Part shown: positions 58,709 through 64,000 of the stretch, piece by piece | Layout: every line of letters begins with the position of its first letter | Position numbering within the stretch: position 1 is the stretch's first letter | NCBI GenBank assembly: GCA_946965045.2 | Contig: OX337238.1 | Location: 744,001-808,000, forward strand | Source of the DNA: Epithemia pelagica | Taxonomy: Eukaryota > Protista > Bacillariophyta | Length of the DNA stretch: 64,000 bases | Reading direction: 5' to 3' | Program-made: the position numbers and the translations under genes | The notes under the pieces: generated by a model | The model's database searches: none | Seen by the model: only the letters and a program-made list of their open reading frames with translations | What the model was told of the DNA's origin: nothing

Positions 58709-59734
58709 TCGATAATGGACAGTGGTCCAGTAGAAACAATACACAATACTTTAGAAGGTCAAACTCGTCGATTATTGTCGACAAGTTCAACCAGAAAGCA
58801 TATGTTCTAAAGCTCTGGTATTGTCCGTGTCTCATACCCCTAAAGATTTCGATGCCACGGATAGGACGTGTCAAAAACCTCGAACGACAATGCTGTCCCC
58901 GGTCACTGGTCGTTTCGGACAACGAAGTTCGCTGGAAAGAGCACCCACCTGACCTTTTCCATTTCTATGTATTGTTCATTACCTGTGTCTATCGATGTAT
59001 TCATTCAGAAAAGGTGTCGACCGTGTAGACTCTGAACCGACAGACTAATACACTATTCTTTTCATGGTTCGTCTCTTGTGATTTGTTCAGGTGCCGCGTT
59101 GTGATAAAGAGGTTGAACACGGTTGACCAACATTTGGCCTGTAGATTCTGTGGCCCCCGAAACTGTCCAAAGAATCCTCCATGTCAGTTCGACTGAAAAA
59201 ACTGCATCCCCGCATGCAGCGTCCATGTCATCTCCCTGCCCCTACCACATTGAATGTCGGTTTGACCCCCGATTGTTTCACATGAAAAACAACGCAACAG
59301 TTGTAAATTATTCTCGCTTGTGTAGAAATGCCAGTGTAACGTGCCCCACTTCACCTCAAGATTTCGCAATGCCACTTCCAAAATCTTGTTGTATCCGTCT
59401 CTTGTCGTTTCAGACCAGAGTTCCCCTGGATAGCACATCGAACTGTCCTGGTTCTATTTCTATCGTTTGTATCGTCCCCAAATTGTCTCTCCCTATAGAA
59501 GACATAGAATGTCTCTTTTGCAGTTGAACGTGGCACAAACGAGATCTGTGTGAATGCTTGCTTGCTTCATTTCGAATGAGAGAAGCAAAAAAGCAAGTTT
59601 CCCCGATTCCTCTCGTGAACGCTTTCCTTGCGCACATGCACGCTCACCAAGTTGGCCAACTGGAGTCCTGTCGTTGATAGCATGTTTTTCCCGTCCCTCC
59701 TCGAGCAAGCGGTCCCACGTCCAGTCTCTACTAC

Positions 59735-61132
59735 CTAGTTCTTGGTTGGACCACGACGGCCCAGGGCTTGTTCGGGATCCCACTGTACTTGTACGTGAGG
59801 AGTCAATTGGATGGTCCTGGCAGTGGAGGAAAAAGTACCAACGGGAGTGGACGATTTGGTTTTGGGATAGTGGTGTGGATAGTGGGATTGTTGCTGCTGC
59901 TGTTTGCGTTTGTGGTGTTGTTGATGCTGTTGCACCATGCGCAAAACCTCAATGACACTCCTACAATTCGTCGTGTCCTTGGATCCTTTCTCGTCCTTGT
60001 TGGTCGTGTCCTGGTCGTCGTCGTCATCGTCATCCGAGTCTTGCACAAGGTTGGTGCTGGTCGTGGCCTCTTCCAATGGTTCTTGTTGTGGTTGTTCTGG
60101 TGGTGGTGGTTGTTGTATCACGGCGTCCAAACCAGGAATGTGGTGCAATCGCACTTGCAATTGCCGCCATTCCCGATCCGACAAGGCAAAATCTCCATTG
60201 ACATCACAGTCCAAAACGACCGTCAAGAGTTGTTGTTGCAATTCCAATTGCAAGGCACGGTCCATCTCCTCCTGGACGTGGTTCCACTCCTGGGCCAATT
60301 CGTGCCACCGGGTCCAGGAAAAGGACGACGACTCGGTTTGCTGCTGCTGGTCCATCCATTCCTGCAAGGGTTGGACGACTGTGTGGTGCAAGTCGTCTTG
60401 GACGTGTTGCATCCGTTCCAATTGTTGCCACAGAACTTGCGTTTGCAAACTGACCCGCTCATGCGCCAGACGGGTGCGTTGCAATTCGTGACGAACGTGT
60501 TGCAAGACGTGAAAGCGTTCCAATTGATACCAAATCACCATACAGACCGTGACCGTACACGTACAATACAAGGCCATGATCCACGATCGACCGTATTCGA
60601 TCGTGGCCACGACCGTCACCAAAACGGTTCCCAGAGTTCCCAAGCGAATCACGGCCGTGGTCCAAGACATGGTGTCGTTCTTGTCGTCATTTGGTGCGAC
60701 CTTGCCACCACAACACACATAGGTCATGGTGCGACGACACAACAACCACAGTGGAAATCGATTGGAGGGTAAGAGCAATCGTGACGAATAGGGTGTTGCA
60801 CCACCAGCAGGACCGCGCGGTTGGTTGTTTTGGAACGGGGGAGAGGAAACGGTCGCATCGTCGGCAGGGTGGTTGCTTTGAGTTTCGTGCGGCGAGAATG
60901 GACTGGAAAAGAGAAATGGCGTTCGGGACTTGCCTTTAAAGGCTTCCTCATCATCATTATCATGGTCTAGGACCGAATCTTCATTCCGGGTACTGTTCAA
61001 TTGAATGCGACTGTCATCGGCCGTCGCCACCAAATCAGGATGCACGGCATCCTTGACGACATGAGCTCGCCATCGCAAGGCGGTTGTGGAATGAGACCAC
61101 TGCTGAGACTTGTTGTTCTTGTTGGATACCAT
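59735..61132 (-). CDS. Hypothetical protein with two hydrophobic segments, coiled coil and one EF-hand-like loop (465 aa)
   Basis: Hydrophobic segments LGTLGTVLVTVVATI and WIMALYCTCTVTVCMVIW, heptad-rich region, DCDVNGDFALSDRE loop, poly-Q/poly-D tracts. Confidence 0.7.
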   Translation of the reverse strand: MVSNKNNKSQQWSHSTTALRWRAHVVKDAVHPDLVATADDSRIQLNSTRNEDSVLDHDNDDEEAFKGKSRTPFLFSSPFSPHETQSNHPADDATVSSPPFQNNQPRGPAGGATPYSSRLLLPSNRFPLWLLCRRTMTYVCCGGKVAPNDDKNDTMSWTTAVIRLGTLGTVLVTVVATIEYGRSWIMALYCTCTVTVCMVIWYQLERFHVLQHVRHELQRTRLAHERVSLQTQVLWQQLERMQHVQDDLHHTVVQPLQEWMDQQQQTESSSFSWTRWHELAQEWNHVQEEMDRALQLELQQQLLTVVLDCDVNGDFALSDREWRQLQVRLHHIPGLDAVIQQPPPPEQPQQEPLEEATTSTNLVQDSDDDDDDDQDTTNKDEKGSKDTTNCRSVIEVLRMVQQHQQHHKRKQQQQQSHYPHHYPKTKSSTPVGTFSSTARTIQLTPHVQVQWDPEQALGRRGPTKN

Positions 61133-61822
61133 GTTGTTGTTGTGTCACTGTATTATTGTTGAAGTCTCTCGAGAGACGGAGATGCCACCCGTCCGTCTCG
61201 TCTGTACCAACACGCTCGCGCGAGAGAGATGGACACACTGTGTCTTGCTCGTCCCCTCCAAGCTGTGTGTGGAGTTGTGTGTGATGGCTCTTCTCTCCGA
61301 TACAAAATCAACTCTATGTACTGGACCAATCACCCACCGGAAAAAAAGATGACCAAATCCAACACTCGAACAGTTGGTTCCATCCACCACACACAAAGCC
61401 CTTCTTCTGTTTTGCTCTCAATTCACTGCAGACTGTTTCCCTCCTGTGGTTCTCTTCTCTCCTCAAGTCTCCCCAAAAGGCGTTTGAGTAGACTCTGTCA
61501 TTGCCACAAAAGAGGTGCAGCGATTGGTCGTGGGACTGGAGTCTTGCGAGACGCAGGAAAGAACGCAACGTGGCACGCGCTAATCCAGCGCGAGGCGACC
61601 GACTCTTCGGCTGACACTTTGTGCTGGCAACTGGCACTGCACGACATTTCAAGAAACCCTATGGTTCCAAAGTTTTTACATAATAAGGATCTATTATTCT
61701 CTGAGACCATGTGTCTTCTGATGAACCATGAACCGCCAATTTCACCCCGTTACCAAGGATTTGGAATCCTCATACAGTAGGAAAATTCCTCGTGTCGGAG
61801 ATCTGTGCACCGACCAACCTTG

Positions 61823-63862
61823 TTACTCCATGGGCGCCAGATCCCGCCAGTTATCAGGCACAAGATTCGGGGGTAGTGGAATGGCGTGTCGAAAGGCACT
61901 GCGACTCAGGTGCAAATCCGATGTATATTTCTGGTCCCAAAAAAAGATGGCCTTGCGGGGGACACTGACAATGGTCAAATCTCCTTGATCCGTACCGGTA
62001 TGGACAATGACATCGTATCGGATATAGGCATCCTCCATACCATCGGCTTTCATCATGTGAAGGTATCGTTGCAACTCCAAGGGTTTGCGAAAAATACCCT
62101 TCGTGGTGACTTCTTCAAATTGTCGTTGTTGAATTGTACAGGGACGCAAAAATTGGGTCGAATCAAACACCCCACTCGCTTCCGACCATCTCATGACACC
62201 GTCGGACAGGAGGCGGTACGACGTGAAACAATAGAGCTGCACATTGGGAGGATAGGGAAACATGGTGAGTTCGGCCGGGGTGCGAAGAAATTCTTTTTCC
62301 TGGTTCAATGTGGCCGCGGATACATGATTGGCAAACTTGGAACGGGGCGACCAATTGGTGGAAAAGTCCTTCCATGCCGTCTCCCACACTGGTCCATAAT
62401 CCAAGGTAACTTCTTCATCTTGGTCGATATCTCGAAGAGCCACTAGTTCCAAAACAAGACCGGACTTGTTCATGTGGATCAACGACGAGGGTGTTTCTTG
62501 GAGCATGCTCGAGTTGGACAATTTGGACCAACGAAGCATTGTGTTGGCATTGCTCCCAGCATGGTTCACATAACAGGTCATGGGTCCGTACGGAATCAGG
62601 ACCATGGAGCTGCTGGGATCCTCAAATGCATAATTCAGGAGCAACTGACTTCCCTTTTTCCATACATGCTGCTCCATGTTCATGCTCTTGTACATTTCCA
62701 TAAACTTGCGAGCAACTGGAACGACAGGGACGGGCGCGACTACTTGACCTTGGAGCATGTTTCGTGTGGCAAACGCGCCATGTCCAGCCTGAGGGATATC
62801 GGAAACCTCGCGACGTAGGTTGTCCAGACACAAGCCATTTTCCTCGAGCCAGTCCAAACTGCGAAGATTATTCGAAATGGTTGCATTGACGAGGCCCTTC
62901 TCCACAGAGGATATCACGTTGGGCATCTTTTTCGGCAGGACTCTCAAAACACTTGAATATCTCGAGGGTACACTGTTGACAAGGTTCCAGAGTTCAGCCG
63001 CCTTGGGGGAGGATATGTCGCCTTTGACGAGTTTGTGTATCTTTTCCAGTATAGGGTTTTCTGTTTTGTCCAGTGCCGTGTAGATTTCCTCTAGAGTTTT
63101 ACCCGCAGACGACGCTTCCAATTTGCTTTCATACCACTTGGTATTGGACATCCAAAACAGTTTCCAGATTATTTCTGCTTGCGGCGAACCCATGTCGCCG
63201 TCCACAATAGAGGAGAACGATTTCAGGATGGAGTCTGCCCTTTCAAAATCATCCATTGAGGGCAATCGTTTCAGATCGGGATCATTTGCAATATGGCGGC
63301 TTCCATAAGGGACAAAGATCTCTTCTCCGGCCTGAATGTCTCGGGTTGCGACCAAGTGCATGCCGTGATAATTCGAGGACGCACCGGCACCCACGTCGTG
63401 GTACCTGTGAAGGACTTGGATATTTTCGGGGGGTCGCATCTCCGCATTGTCCAGTACTGGATTCGTATTGGCAGCCATGGAAGCGCTATAAGGAAGGCTC
63501 ACGACTTCATCGGCTTCAAAGGATGCCAATGTGGCCGATCCATCGTAGACATACTTGGACAAGATCCAATTGTTGGAGTTGTACCCGGATCCTTCAAGTT
63601 TGAGGTACTTGTGTCGAAGCATGGTGTGATATGTTCGATCAATGAAATTTATGACAATATCATCACTCAAAATCTGTTGATTGGCATTGACGTGAAGGGC
63701 CGAGTAGACACCCAGACCAGCATTGGGCATGGACGAGGGCGCAAGGTAAAAGGCGCATTTTGTCATCGAATTACAGTCCTCTCCTTCGCATCCTGTGGTC
63801 TGACCCAAACAGAAAGAAAAGGAAGAAAGGGATCCCAAAAGAAGGAGAAGTTTAGTGATCAT
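61823..63862 (-). CDS. Secreted/ER-targeted protein with two SET-like domains (679 aa)
   Basis: Signal peptide MITKLLLLLGSLSSFSFCLG. SET1: PNAGLGVY...ATRDIQAGEEIFVPYG. SET2: PQAGHGAFA...CYVNH...ALRDIDQDEEVTLDYG. Confidence 0.85.
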   Translation of the reverse strand: MITKLLLLLGSLSSFSFCLGQTTGCEGEDCNSMTKCAFYLAPSSMPNAGLGVYSALHVNANQQILSDDIVINFIDRTYHTMLRHKYLKLEGSGYNSNNWILSKYVYDGSATLASFEADEVVSLPYSASMAANTNPVLDNAEMRPPENIQVLHRYHDVGAGASSNYHGMHLVATRDIQAGEEIFVPYGSRHIANDPDLKRLPSMDDFERADSILKSFSSIVDGDMGSPQAEIIWKLFWMSNTKWYESKLEASSAGKTLEEIYTALDKTENPILEKIHKLVKGDISSPKAAELWNLVNSVPSRYSSVLRVLPKKMPNVISSVEKGLVNATISNNLRSLDWLEENGLCLDNLRREVSDIPQAGHGAFATRNMLQGQVVAPVPVVPVARKFMEMYKSMNMEQHVWKKGSQLLLNYAFEDPSSSMVLIPYGPMTCYVNHAGSNANTMLRWSKLSNSSMLQETPSSLIHMNKSGLVLELVALRDIDQDEEVTLDYGPVWETAWKDFSTNWSPRSKFANHVSAATLNQEKEFLRTPAELTMFPYPPNVQLYCFTSYRLLSDGVMRWSEASGVFDSTQFLRPCTIQQRQFEEVTTKGIFRKPLELQRYLHMMKADGMEDAYIRYDVIVHTGTDQGDLTIVSVPRKAIFFWDQKYTSDLHLSRSAFRHAIPLPPNLVPDNWRDLAPME

Positions 63863-64000
63863 CTTGACGACAACGGCATCAAATAATAGAAGACCCGTTC
63901 AACAAGTTTGTCGAATAGAATTGTGGCTGCACAGGTCGTGTGAGAACAGGAAGGTCGCTCGGCTCGGCATGTACTCCACGCGCAAAGCGTGACAAACGCG

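Noticed and set aside
59768-60772. 334-aa plus-strand ORF (similarly 54190-54939, 14324-15148, 34603-35295)
   Set aside because: Antisense or alternate-frame shadows of better-supported genes, expected from codon bias.
1-64000. Prokaryotic operon, defence system, rRNA or tRNA genes
   Set aside because: Spliceosomal introns and eukaryote-specific genes throughout; no rRNA or tRNA signature recognised by eye, although a tRNAscan-SE/Infernal run is needed to exclude small RNAs.

Overview
Gene-dense eukaryotic nuclear DNA with short GT-AG introns and (AAC)n, (GAA)n and (TCG)n low-complexity tracts. A fused urease, secreted LRR and SET proteins and RRL-type motifs suggest a diatom or other stramenopile (inference). 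About 22 protein-coding genes can be supported: GT43 glucuronosyltransferase, dolichol kinase, prenylcysteine oxidase, exportin-T, GH26 hydrolase, MLO-like/EF-hand membrane protein, MBOAT acyltransferase, LRR protein, three-repeat Myb, selenophosphate synthetase, dienelactone hydrolase, ankyrin-HDAC, giant kinesin, AIG2/GGCT, SERF, USB1, GT32, urease, secreted tandem-SET protein and several unknowns. Highlights: (1) a selenoprotein SPS2 split in the ORF track by an in-frame UGA, with a candidate SECIS lacking the usual apical AA; (2) an MLO-like protein with its own four-EF-hand tail; (3) the GT43 gene bracketed by direct copies of the dolichol kinase 5' end; (4) five near-identical 465-bp repeats in the kinesin stalk; (5) a ~1.5-kb gene-free block bounded by 46-bp inverted repeats; (6) a urease whose usual start Met is replaced and preceded by a presequence-like leader; (7) a secreted double-SET protein. 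No rRNA, tRNA, CRISPR array or autonomous transposon was recognised. Exon boundaries were inferred by eye and homologies from remembered motifs; no database search was run.
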